In this document: one piece after another, positions 12,070-23,768 of the stretch
Layout of the letters: every line of letters begins with the position of its first letter
How positions within the stretch are numbered: the stretch's first letter is position 1
From: Negaprion brevirostris
Taxonomy: Eukaryota
DNA length: 64,000 nucleotides
NCBI GenBank assembly: GCA_030324005.1
Contig: JARDVH010000025.1
Location: 99,455,157-99,519,156 of the forward strand
Reading direction: 5' to 3'
Notes under the pieces: generated by a model
What the model saw: only the letters and a program-made list of their open reading frames with translations
Database searches by the model: none
What the model was told of the DNA's origin: nothing
Translations under genes and position numbers: made by a program

Positions 12070-12270
12070 TTAAAGGTAAAGGCTGCTCTCCCCTTCGAGT
12101 GGGAGAGCTGACTGCTGACGATTTTTACCTGAGGATCACCACACATTAGGCAAGGGGCAAGGTTGAGAAAGCAGGGCCTTGATGAATAATCTCAGCCGGT
12201 ACAGGAATTGAACCCATGCTGTTGGCGTTGCTCTGCATCACTAACCAGCCATCCATCCGACTGAGCTAAA
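12070..12270 (-). mobile_element. tRNA-derived SINE
   Basis: Minus-strand TTAGCTCAGTCGG (A box) and GGGTTCAATTCC (B box). The tail ends ..CCTTTACCTTT. Confidence 0.7.
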
Positions 12271-12609
12271 CTCAGTTAAAGTTCAGTGATCCATCCACTG
12301 AGCTGAGAGCTTCCTCACGTGACAGTCCAAAAAAGCCTCCAAATTGAAGCCTTTGTTCCTTGAATTTATCCTCAGTGAATGGAAGTGGGTAGCCAATTCA
12401 CATCCTGGCCTCGCTCTGAGAAGCATCACCGTTGATGGAAACATATCCGGAAGCCACCCTGACACTGCTCCTTGCATTTTTCCTGAAGCCCAGCCCACCA
12501 CCACCACCCCACCCCCCCCCACCCACAACTCCCTCCTCTCCCAAAAAAATCACCACTACAGGGTCAGAAAGATTCAGTTCAAAGTGTTCATCGACTCAGA
12601 AAATACCAA

Positions 12610-12783
12610 GTGTGCAGAAGAAGGCCATTCAGCCCATCGAGCCTGCACCAACAAATATTCCACCCAGGCCCAATCCCTGTAAACCAATGCATGTAGTTTA
12701 CTAATCCCCCTGACACTAAGGAACAATTTAGCATGGCCAATCCATCTGCCCTTGACTGTGGGAGGGAACCAGAGGAAACCCAT
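12610..12783 (-). mobile_element. HE1/V-SINE 3' half with CR1-type tail
   Basis: GGAAACCCA, AATTTAGCATGGCCAATC and GGCCATTCAGCCCATCGAG are shared with the full copies. Confidence 0.75.
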
Positions 12784-13530
12784 GTCTCATTTAATTGTTA
12801 ACATTTCTTGTTTAAATCCAGACTGCTGTTTGTATCTAAAGACTGGTCTCTGTCAGGTACTGTTTCACAACACAAGTTCGCAATCAGCAGCAATTTATTT
12901 TTCAGTCACTGGTATCATGCATGTGGCCTGATTATTGACCTTACTTTAATCTGCATGAAAGCCATGGTTAACCAGCAACAAGTGTGGATCTTGGTACAAG
13001 TGTGCCTCGAATGGGCCAGTAAAAAAGTTACTATAAATCAACACAACTTCTAGCTTCATGGATGTCCGTCATTTAATTTAAACTTCACTAGTCCTTTAAT
13101 GGAGCATGACATCAGAATATTATTGAATGTGTAGCATGAGAAGACAGACTTGATGGCATTCTGACCCCTATTTAATGTCCTGTCAGATTTAATAAGCTGC
13201 CATTGCTGAGCCAAAGAATTCACAATTGCCATGTATTTCAGTGGAGCATTAGGCCACCCATGATTTATGACATTTCCAGAAGAACATTCCATTCGCCTTT
13301 GAGAAACACATCTTGCTGCCCATCCCCACACCATTCCACAGTGTAGATTTTTTACTGACCTCATTCACACAACTTAGTGATTATCAGAACTTTTTTGAAC
13401 AGGAGTTGAAAGTCGCATATACTGTAACTGCAACAGAAGTGGTGCAATGAAAATATATTCGATATGAACTGTTTTGGCATCTAGCAATAATCAATAAATT
13501 TAATAATAGATAAATAATGAGACAGCATAT

Positions 13531-13845
13531 GGGTGGCATGGTAGCACAGTGGTTAGTGCTNNNNNNNNNNNNNNNNNNNNNNNNNNNNNCAATTCCAAGT
13601 GTCTGTGTGGAGTTTTCACTTTCTCCCCTTGTCTGCGTGGGTTTCCTCCGGGGGCTTTGGTTTCCTCCCACACTTCAAAGTTCTGCGGGTTAGGTTGATT
13701 GGCCATGCTAAACTGACCCGAGCATCAGGGGGATTAGCATGGTAAATGTGTGGAGTTACAGGGATAGGACTTGGATGGAATTGCGGTTGGTGCAGACTCG
13801 ATGGACTAAATGGCCTCCTGCACTGTAGGATTCAATGATTCTATG
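13531..13845 (+). mobile_element. HE1/V-SINE with CR1 (HER1)-type tail
   Basis: Head GGTAGCACAGTGGTTAG, V domain GTCTGCGTGGGTTTCCTCCGGG, tail GGCCTCCTGCACTGTAGGATTC..ATTCTATG. Confidence 0.9.
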
Positions 13846-14169
13846 CCGTGTTTACACTTTGTGAGCTACTTCTCTGAGATTGACTCTGCATACAGTCTTC
13901 ATGGTGGACTAAGCAGAAAAAGGGGCATCTGATTTATACCAGCCCGATAATGTGAGGGAGAATCAGCCTGGAATATAAATGTGCAGAGGAGAAATGGAAA
14001 GGAAATAAGAAGGCAAAAGGGACAGTATGAATATAGATTTATGGCTAACATAAAATGGACCTAACAATATTTGAGAGACACATTCACAGCAAAAGGCATG
14101 TCAGATTCCAGGCCAGAATTAAGATCTACTTATGGATGTGGAACACATGATTGAATGACTGAATAAGAA

Positions 14170-14540
14170 GCCAGCACTAGTATTTATCAAGGAGGAGGAT
14201 TTTGCTAAGATTGTTGGTTTACTGAAGGAGATAAAAGTGGAGAAAGAGGAAGTCCTCAAAACGCTGACAGCAGTTCGTGGTCATGTCACCCCATCCAGAA
14301 GGAATACATCTTAAATTGCTGAGGGAGTAGGTGTCAAAGTTGCAGAGATGCTTGCCACAATCTGACAATTCTCCAGAAGACTGGAGGATTACAAATCATT
14401 CACCAAAGAAGGATGAACCTGGAATTACAAGTCAGTCAGTTTAACATTGATGATGGTGAAGCTTTCAGAAGGAATGATCCAAGGGAGAGTTAACAGCCAT
14501 TTGGACAAGCATGGACTAATAAAAGACAGTCGGAGTAAAT
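14170..14540 (+). mobile_element. CR1-type LINE RT fragment
   Basis: Degenerate PEDWRI..PGxYKSVSLTLMMVKLSEG..HLDKHGLIKDS (ORF 14447) corresponds to the CR1 RT N-terminal motifs. Confidence 0.8.
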
Positions 14541-16766
14541 TTATTGGCCTGGTCATTCCCTCATCATTGGATTGCATTCAACTTGAACATTTCCTCATCT
14601 CAATGCTGTTCCACATTGCTTGTCAGGACTTCCAAGCCTGGTTTCTCCCGGAATCCCCTTGGAGAACTCCTTCACAGCACTGACGCATCGTGAGGAAAAT
14701 AGATCCACGTCCCCTTTATGGGGCACTAGCTGCTGTAATTTAAGTTCAAAGGTCCATTGTGAAGGTTCCTGAATGGATGAATTTTGGTGAATAGGTGAGT
14801 GGCCAAATGTGTGAAAGGATAGGGTGGTAGGAAGGGTGATGTCAGTGTGGCAGGTAGGTAGCGTAGCGAATGGATTCAGGAGATGGTGATCGAGTCAGGA
14901 GAAATAGTGACGTCGGACCTGGTCAGGTAGAGTAGATTTAATTATTGTGCTACAGTGTTTAATCTTTTGCTGGTTAATGTTTAATGCAAGTTGAAGAGGA
15001 ATCGTTAAAAAAAATCACATCGAACAGGAACAAGACAATCCTTAATTACTTTTACCATTGAAACTTTAGCAGCTGAGAAGGAAATTGAATTAATCTCACT
15101 TCTGTTGATCAGAATCAAGCTCCANNNNNNNNNNNNNNNNNNNNNNNNNNNNNNNNNNNNNATCCCGGTTCTCTTGTGTATAGTTAGTTTACGTAGAAAT
15201 ACCAACTTGATTTCAGGGGCAATTTAGACACACCAGCCACAGCAATCCGAGGACACGTACTACGATACACTTGATCGCTGCTCGTTTATCAAAGCAAAGA
15301 GGTTTAAATGTAATACTTAAATAGTTCAGGTCCGATGACTGGTGTTTTGATACCAAATGCATGTTTATGTTGCTGCAACAAGTTTCCCTCAGGCAAAACC
15401 TTCAACTCACATGTTATACATCAATACTCCCAAAGGCCATGGCATATGGTCACTGTTAAAGTTTCAACATAAACAGAAGTTGTTGATGATAAAGGAATTA
15501 CTTGTGAGAGGCAAACATGAAGTCTATGCTCATCTCCTGGAACACAATCTATTGAGTCATTAATTGTAAAAATGCCAGGTGACCTGACTGATGTTTTTCC
15601 TTCTGCCAGCATGTGTTCCCTACTTTGTTCCTCAGCGGTTCATATTCAGTTGGGCCCACGACTGGCAGCTGAGCAGAGGAGAACACATTGCTGCCAACGG
15701 GAAGGCCGCTGAGTTAGCTGAGAAAAAAATGGAGGTCAATCCCATGGCTGAAGATTGTATATCAGTTCTTTAAAGAGCAAGGCGGTTATGTTTGCACTGA
15801 TTAAGGACAATAATAGCAAATGTAGCCCTTGGGTGTGGATCATAGGAACACAGTGGCCCCAACAGGAGAATTAATTATCTGCTGTGACTGGTATTACACA
15901 GCCTTTTCTGAATTCTGAATGTAGCTAGTACCTATGACCATTATGAGACCCAGCAATATCCATGCCTGCTAACAGGAGCCATTGGACTGAATTTGCTGGG
16001 GCATCCTGAGAACAGCCAGCAACAGCACACGGGATTAATTTTTCTAACTTTTGACTGTCTGCTTGGGCTGATCTCCTGGTTGCAGTTTCTGGTGCAATAG
16101 TTTCTTTGTTTGAACAGACAAAACTGAAGAAGGCGGCATCCGGCAGAGTATTGGCCTGCATTAATAGATCTGCTGTTGGCAGAATATCCAAGATGATGTT
16201 ACGGTTGCCTGAGAGCAGCACACAGGCCTCAGTACTAAAAACANNNNNNNNNNNNNNNNNNNNNNGGGAGAAAGTAAGTTCAAGAACTTGCAGTCACTAG
16301 TAATAAATTTAAGCATTTAAGAATTGATCATGGCATTTACCTTCTTGTGGGGGAAAAAACACTATCTTGCAAATAACAATGCAATACAGCAATGAACCCT
16401 TCGAGGACACCTTTCTATGCCATAACGATTTCGCAGACTCCCTGTAATACAAGTATCTTTCTGTATCTCAATCAATTTTTCAATCCTACATATGTTTTTA
16501 CTACTCTTACTTTATTTGCTTAGCGTGCAATGTGTTATAGGTGCTGAACAGCAATTCTGTGAAGTCAAGGTGTCACCTTCACAAGCACAGGTACATATTA
16601 AGGTCAACATTCATCCTGGTTTGGCACTTGGTTTTTAAAGCTGCAAATCCAGCTTCATTTAGCTTAGGTTGAACAAGGTGGGGCAAAGAATTCCAATAAA
16701 ACAGATGAAGTACTGTTTTATTTATTGAAGCGTTGGAAGCCGGAGTCGTCACTGTGTCCTGAACGC

Positions 16767-16905
16767 TCACTGCCTGTGCTACCCAAAGCCCCCAGTGCAT
16801 GTTATCCTGACTGCGTGCGTTACTCGAAACCATCACTGCCTGCAATACCCCAAACCCTCGCTGGCTGCGTTACCCGTAAGCCTCACTGGCTGCGTCACCC
16901 GCTGG
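16767..16905. repeat. Degenerate 25-bp minisatellite
   Basis: Units close to TCACTGGCTGCGTTACCCGAAACCC start at 16808, 16833, 16858 and 16883 (period 25). A related unit starts at 16767. Confidence 0.75.
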
Positions 16906-16924
16906 CGCAGCTGGCTCTATTCCC

Positions 16925-17012
16925 TTAGCAGAGATGCTGTCAGACCTGCTGAGATTTTCCAGCATTTTCTGCTCTTGTTTCGATGCCAGCATCCACAACA
17001 TTTTGCTTTTGT
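16925..17012 (+). mobile_element. Penelope-type terminal fragment (second family)
   Basis: CAGAGATGCTGTCAGACCTGCTGAGATTTTCCAGCATTTTCTG is nearly identical to 51637-51677. Confidence 0.6.
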
Positions 17013-17462
17013 CAACATTTTAATCTCATTGACTGTGGGCAGGGTGTACTGACATCACTGAGGGGATTCCTGTGAAATGCATCAGCAAGCCACCATTGAT
17101 CGCCGGCCAGTTGTTCTATTTGTAGGAATCGATCAGGAGATGTATTTTTGTCTTTAATACTGTCCCAACAGAGGTACAACATCAACACAGTAGCTTATCT
17201 GATCCATATTATAAATTGCTTTTAAACTACATGTTTTAGTGCAGAAACCTATAAAGCACATTAAAACACGTAATTTTGCAAAAGCTGCCACATTTATTCA
17301 ACCAATAAACATTTTGCAGCCCTTGATGTGCTCCTGCAGACTCCAACACAAGCCTTTCTCCTCAAGGTCCAATAAGTCCTTTCTCCAACCTTGCCGTAAC
17401 TCAATAATGTAAAAAGAAAGCAAATAAAGGCCTCGGTTTATATGCCATCATTAATGGTGTCT

Positions 17463-17690
17463 GAAGTCTCACAACACCAGGTTAAAGTCCAACAGGTTTA
17501 CTTGGTCGCACAAGCCACTAGCTTTCGGAGCGCCACTCCTTCATCAGATGAGCATGAGGTGAAGTCATGAAGGANNNNNNNNNCGAAAAGCTAGTGGTTG
17601 TGCTACCAAATAAACCTGTTGGACTTTAACCTGGTGTTGTGAAACTTCTTACTGTGTTTACCCCAATCCAATGCCAGCATCTCCACATCA
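17463..17690. mobile_element. Fold-back Penelope-type element with hammerhead ribozyme cores
   Basis: 17463-17526 is the reverse complement of about 17584-17648. The right arm extends to GCATCTCCACATCA. Confidence 0.8.
17515..17552 (-). ncRNA. Minimal type I hammerhead ribozyme (predicted)
   Basis: The minus strand reads CUCAU-CUGAUGA-A-GGAGU-GGC-GCUCC-GAAA-GC-UA-GUGG. Both catalytic boxes, stem II, a palindromic AGCU at stem III and a short stem I are present. Confidence 0.65.
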
Positions 17691-18129
17691 TTATTGATGG
17701 CACCTTAGGGCTTTACGACCAGTGAAGTGCGTCCCTGTTGTAGGATGTTTCCAGCCACTGAAAAATCATTCTCCAATGGACTAAGTCTGTCCATGTCTGA
17801 ATTTTCCTTGTTTTAATGAGATGTAATTGCAAGCATGGTGAGCAAGAACTGGAGCAATTGAATGTGCATGTTTGCAACTTGAAAGTAAATGCTAATTGGC
17901 AATTTTACATTTGAGCAGGTGCTTCCAAGTCATGTTGGCGAGGCTGTCAAGGTTTTGGTTGTCAGCCAGATCGTGCAAGGAGGCCTGCACTGACAAAGAA
18001 AGTGGTGCATCCTGCTCCTCTTTCCAATGGGTATTTTCCTTGTCCATTTATATTGAACTAAGAGGATAGTTTTGTTCAATGAGCCTCCACTCACTTGGAA
18101 TTAGATTGAATCTGCCTAAACTAATTTTA

Positions 18130-18729
18130 TGATGGATCCCAGCTGATTTCATGGAAGAGTCCAAAACTAGAAGTTATAGACGGAAAATATCGTCATTAAT
18201 AAATCAAATAAGGATTTCAAGAGCAACTACTTAACCTAAAAATTGGTTACAATGTGCAACTTACCCGCTCAAGGATTAGATGTGGTGAACAGCATAGATA
18301 GAATCATAGAACCAAAAGAATGTTTGTGGCAGAAAGAGGCCACTTGGCCCATCATGTCTGTTCTGGCCAAAAAATGAGCCACCCGTCCTAATCCCACTTT
18401 CCAGCATTTAGTCCACAGTTTTCAGAATATGACACTTGAATTGCACATTCAAATATCTTTTAAATGATTTGAGCGTTTCTTCCTGTAAAACCCTTTCAGA
18501 CAGTCTTTCCACAACCATCTGGGTGGAAACCGTTTTCCTCATCTCCCTTTCACCTTTCTACCAATCACTTTACATCTCTGCCCTCTGGTCACTGACCTCT
18601 CTGCTAAAGTAAATTGGCCCTTCCCATTCACTCTATTTTCTTCGACAAGAAAATCTCCCCTCAACCTCCGCCATTCCATGAAGAACAACCCCATTTGAAG
18701 TTACTTTTGAAGAAATGCTTGCTCAGTAC
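18130..18729. mobile_element. Two adjacent CR1 3' fragments (about 18130-18300 plus, 18300-18729 minus)
   Basis: GAGTCCAAAACTAG..TGTGCAAC on the plus strand. A CATAGAA..GGCCACTTGGCCCATC tail on the minus strand. Confidence 0.6.
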
Positions 18730-21700
18730 NNNNNNNNNNNNNNNNNNNNNNNNNNNNNNNNNNNNNNNNNNNNNNNNNNNNNNNNNNNNNNNNNNNNNNN
18801 NNNNNNNNNNNNNNNNNNNNNNNNNNNNNNNNNNNNNNNNNNNNNNNNNNNNNNNNNNNNNNNNNNNNNNNNNNNNNNNNNNNNNNNNNNNNNNNNNNNN
18901 NNNNNNNNNNNNNNNNNNNNNNNNNNNNNNNNNNNNNNNNNNNNNNNNNNNNNNNNNNNNNNNNNNNNNNNNNNNNNNNNNNNNNNNNNNNNNNNNNNNN
19001 NNNNNNNNNNNNNNNNNNNNNNNNNNNNNNNNNNNNNNNNNNNNNNNNNNNNNNNNNNNNNNNNNNNNNNNNNNNNNNNNNNNNNNNNNNNNNNNNNNNN
19101 NNNNNNNNNNNNNNNNNNNNNNNNNNNNNNNNNNNNNNNNNNNNNNNNNNNNNNNNNNNNNNNNNNNNNNNNNNNNNNNNNNNNNNNNNNNNNNNNNNNN
19201 NNNNNNNNNNNNNNNNNNNNNNNNNNNNNNNNNNNNNNNNNNNNNNNNNNNNNNNNNNNNNNNNNNNNNNNNNNNNNNNNNNNNNNNNNNNNNNNNNNNN
19301 NNNNNNNNNNNNNNNNNNNNNNNNNNNNNNNNNNNNNNNNNNNNNNNNNNNNNNNNNNNNNNNNNNNNNNNNNNNNNNNNNNNNNNNNNNNNNNNNNNNN
19401 NNNNNNNNNNNNNNNNNNNNNNNNNNNNNNNNNNNNNNNNNNNNNNNNNNNNNNNNNNNNNNNNNNNNNNNNNNNNNNNNNNNNNNNNNNNNNNNNNNNN
19501 NNNNNNNNNNNNNNNNNNNNNNNNNNNNNNNNNNNNNNNNNNNNNNNNNNNNNNNNNNNNNNNNNNNNNNNNNNNNNNNNNNNNNNNNNNNNNNNNNNNN
19601 NNNNNNNNNNNNNNNNNNNNNNNNNNNNNNNNNNNNNNNNNNNNNNCAGCTAAATCAGGATCACATTTGGTGACCCCAAGCAGCCGGGTGTCTCGAAAGG
19701 CACTCCTGAAATTCAGAAACCTCAGAATGCAGTCAGCAATCATGGAACTGGGTCCCGGCTGTCTTTTTCACCCCTCCATCAAGTGTTTCCAACTCTGACA
19801 ATCCAACCCTGTTTCTCTGCCACAGTAGTTAAAACTTTAACATGTGGAGTGTATTAGGTGCATCCTACTCTTTCTGCAAACATGTTTTTGTCCTGCCCTC
19901 CAGCACATAGTGCTATATAAAATGTAGCATCTTTCCTAGTTTCATCCATAGAACAGAAATGCTATAAAAAGTGAATGCATGTATTGATCAAGAGGAAAAT
20001 AGCTCTCACTTTAATTTGCATTTGCTGCTAAACTGTTTTATGACATTCGGTTGCCCTGCGGTGTCTATATTTTGAGCAGAACATTGAGATTTTGCAATAT
20101 AGAGGTATCACCAAACCTCTGACTTGACTGCATTTGTTTTCACAGCTCAGCTGTGATTAGTATGGATAGAATCAACGACCACTCGCCCTTATTTCACTAT
20201 AATCCCTCCGGCACTTTATTATTTCTGCGACATCGCCGGACAGCATAGGAGGAGCCTTCCTGTCTGCTCCTGAAACTACTATTAACTGTCACAATCACCA
20301 AAACGTTATAATGAAGTGCCACAGGACTCACTCAGGTGGAGATGATTTATACCTCAGCGAGTGCGTCATTCATTAAGACTATCATAACACTGACATTACA
20401 GTCTCTTTCCTTTGACATTTATATTGGTGTAAATCTGGCATCCACTTTTAAATATAATAGTACATATATGCATGCTTTACATTAACATGAAGATTGCCAC
20501 TGCTTCTCAATGAAAATTGGGTCATTCATCATGATTTATAGAAGTTAGAAAAGGGATGTTTCTGCTTACAAATAGATTAATAATTTTATGACCATGAGTG
20601 TGATAACAGTATTGATTAAAACATTGATTTTGTTCGTGTAAGTTGAATAATGCTTGCAAATAATCGTGTATCACAAGAGTTGAAATTTAATGATGCTAAA
20701 CTAGCAGAAGTAGCTGAATGAGGTTATTAGTCATCCAACACAAGTCCAACCAACAGTGGAGATCCCTGTGATTTCTGGCATTTGTTGCAGGACATTTAGA
20801 ACAGCATGAAATCCTCAAATCTTCCTCCATGTGGAAGCCCAGGGGAACAAGTTGAGGCAACGGAATGTATCACTGTATTTTTAAATGTTCCAACCGTGGT
20901 CTCATTGACAAACTTTCTTTTGATTCCTAAGGATGAGAGAAAAAACATAATCCTTACGACATTTTGTTCTAAGTTTTTGCTCAGGAATCTTGGTTTGAAT
21001 CTAACCTAGACAATGGAACAGAGCTTTCCTTTCTCTGCTGGCTGTAAAAGTCCAGCAGAGATTGGTTTTGTAGACCCAAAAATCAGGTTCTCACGGATAT
21101 GAGTCTAGAAATTACCTCATTTTTCTTTTAGGCGAACTATAACTTGTAATATCAGCGCTGAGAGAGGCTAAAATGTGGTTGTGTGAAAAACTTAAAACAA
21201 TAATCGGCTGTGCTGTCTTCACATTGGAGTTAAGGGATTAGTCATGAATCCTGAACTCAAAATGTTTGACCCTGACACTGTTGTGTAGAAGTGAGAAATG
21301 TTGCAGCTCCAACAATTGCATTGGACAGTCAAAAGAAGTCATGTTGTAGATCGCTAATAAGTGAGTTTGAGATCATAAGGGAAATGTAATGGAGAATGGA
21401 TTCAGTGCTACATGTAAATTACACAGGAATTGTGAGAATAGTGAGTAAAATCTCTGGGTTCAATTGCCCAGATGGGTCAACATTGACATTTCCAGAGTTC
21501 CATCTCCCTTAGCAATTTGGGGCTTTTCTTGAAAACGTCTGGTTGTGTGGGAGGAAGCAATGCTCCATCCATCAGAATTGTTTTGCAGACTACGTAGACT
21601 AACCAGTCTGCTTCGGTCCACCATTTACGGAGGGTTGGATGTTCAACACAGTCAGGTAAATTTGGATGTTGTGCAATTATATGAAAGGAATGATAGTGAA

Positions 21701-22417
21701 TTGCCAGCCCTTTCACTTCTCTCCCAATTTCAGGAGAGATAGAGAAAGGTTGCCTTACACCATTGCACAAAGTCAAAATTAATCCAGTTAAGTGGGAAGA
21801 TGAGCAATTATGAAACTATGCATAGGCAGATTATAAAGTGCTAATAATTGAATAGCTGATGACTTTTGGTGCCTATTCAACTTAAAACATTAACTTTGAG
21901 AATGTAATCATCATTAACAAAAATGACTTTGTGTTATGGGTTTTCTGTAAATTTGTCTCTAATCTTGCTGGTTTGTACATGCATGATAAGAAAATAATGA
22001 ATGCCCAGGAGTGATTACAAGGCAGTAATCTAATCAAAGGGTTCAGATCACATTATAAGATGCAATGAAAAGGTTTGAACTTTACATAATCTTCACCTTG
22101 AGATTGAATTCTTGTTCATTCCAGGGCAACAGTTATCCTGACAATGTGTATTATCACTAAGCTACTTATTTTGTTTCATGTCTCTGTTGAACAATAGTTA
22201 AAGTGAATCTCCGGTTTTATGTAACTTTGACCTGACTCCCACATGCTTTTTTTCTTCATACTCAAACCTTTATTAACTGTACTATGTCATGCAAATGATC
22301 TTTTTTAAAGAAAAGGCATTGTTAACATTTTACCATTTTCGAAATATTCTCACTGTCATTTTTTCACATGTATGAAAATTTAGCTTTCTCTGTTGGCTTT
22401 ACAATATTATGTTTAAC

Positions 22418-22702
22418 TTATTGATTCGTGTCACAAGTAGGTTTACATTAACTCTGCAATGAAGTTACTGTGAAAATCCCCTCGTTGTCACACTCCAGCA
22501 CCTGTTTGAGTACACTGAGGGAGAATTTAGCAAGACTAGTGCACTTAATCAGCACGTCTTATGGACTGTGGGAGGAAACTGGAGCTAACTCATGCAGAAA
22601 TGGGGAGAACGTGCAGACTCCTCACAGACAGTGACCCAAGCCAGGAATTGAACCTGGGTCCCTGGCATTGTGAAGCAGCAGTGCTAATCACTGTGCCACC
22701 CC
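22418..22702 (-). mobile_element. V-SINE (HE1 body) with alternative tail B
   Basis: HE1 head and V domain, with tail ..TTTTCACAGTAACTTCATTGCAGAGTTAATGTAAACCTACTTGTGAC. Confidence 0.85.
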
Positions 22703-23157
22703 AATATGAACTCAAAGGCATGTTATATGTGATTTTCATTGCATAAAAACCTGATGTCTTGGCAGAGTAACATCTTTTTCATGAAATTTATTCATTCTTC
22801 GTCCCTCTGACCCAAAGGGGGATGATCGATCTAATAATCCTGTAAACTTCTGCAATACATTTTCATAGTTGATATCTTAAATTAATAGAAGTGACTGGGA
22901 GAAAGCCAAAATGTTTTATCAACACTGATGGAACAAGTAATTGTGAAGAAAATACACAGGCCTGCCTGCTTTTCCTCCTATTAAAGTAATTTTAAAATTA
23001 ATTTCATTTTGGGGATTAAGCCTGCATTTATTTTCTTCTCTCTTGAGAGAATGGCAGAAGTCCTCCTTCTTGAATTGCTGCAATCTGTGCACTGAAGAGA
23101 TTCCCATTGTGCTGCTTGGTGGAGAATTCAAGGATTTTGATCCGGTGATGGAATTTA

Positions 23158-23495
23158 GGGCGGCACGGTAGCACAGTGGTTAGCACTGCTGCTTCACAGC
23201 TCTAGGGTCCTGGGTTCAATTCTCAGCTCGGGTCACTGTCTGTGTGGAGTTTGCACATTCTCCTCGTGTTTGCGTGGGTTTCCTCCGGGTACTCTGGATT
23301 CCTCCCACAGTCCAAAGATGTGCGGGATAGATTGATTGTCCATGCTAGGAAATTGCCCCTTAGTGTCCAGGGATGTGTAGGTTAGAGGGATTAATGGGCA
23401 TAATATGGGGGTAGGGTCTGGGTGGGATTGTGTTCAGTGCAGACTCGATGGGCTGAAGGGCCTCTTTCTGCAGTGTAGGGTTCTGTGGTTCTATG
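23158..23495 (+). mobile_element. HE1/V-SINE, full length, CR1-type tail
   Basis: GGGCGGCACGGTAGCACAGTGGTTAGCACTGCTGC, B box GGGTTCAATTC, V domain and HER1-like tail. Confidence 0.92.
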
Positions 23496-23768
23496 TATTA
23501 ATCTGGACAAATGCAAGGTAATGCATTTTGGTAGATCCCAGTTCAGGTGGGAACTATAAAATAAATGGCAGAACCATCAGGAGAATAGAGACAGAGAGAT
23601 CTGGGAGAACAGGTCCATAGATCCTTAAAAGTGGCCGCACAGGTGGAAAAGGTGGTGAAGAAAGTGGATGGCATGCTTGTCTTCATCAAATGGGGCATTG
23701 AGTACAAAAGTTGGCAAATTATGTTACATATGTTATGTGTCCAATTCTGGTCACCAAACTACCAGAAG
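23496..23768 (+). mobile_element. CR1-type LINE RT C-terminal fragment
   Basis: NLDKCKVMHFGRS..RDLG..VHRSLKVAAQVEKVVKK..GIEYKS..CVQFWSP can be read across frameshifts. Confidence 0.85.

Noticed and set aside
16767-16905. Regularly spaced repeats as a possible CRISPR array
   Set aside because: The units are contiguous and degenerate with no unique spacers. There are no cas genes and the context is vertebrate.
18614-19798. ORFs of 394, 360 and 312 aa
   Set aside because: They consist almost entirely of N-gap.
23158-23235. tRNA-like A and B boxes
   Set aside because: These are SINE heads continuing into V domains, not tRNA genes.
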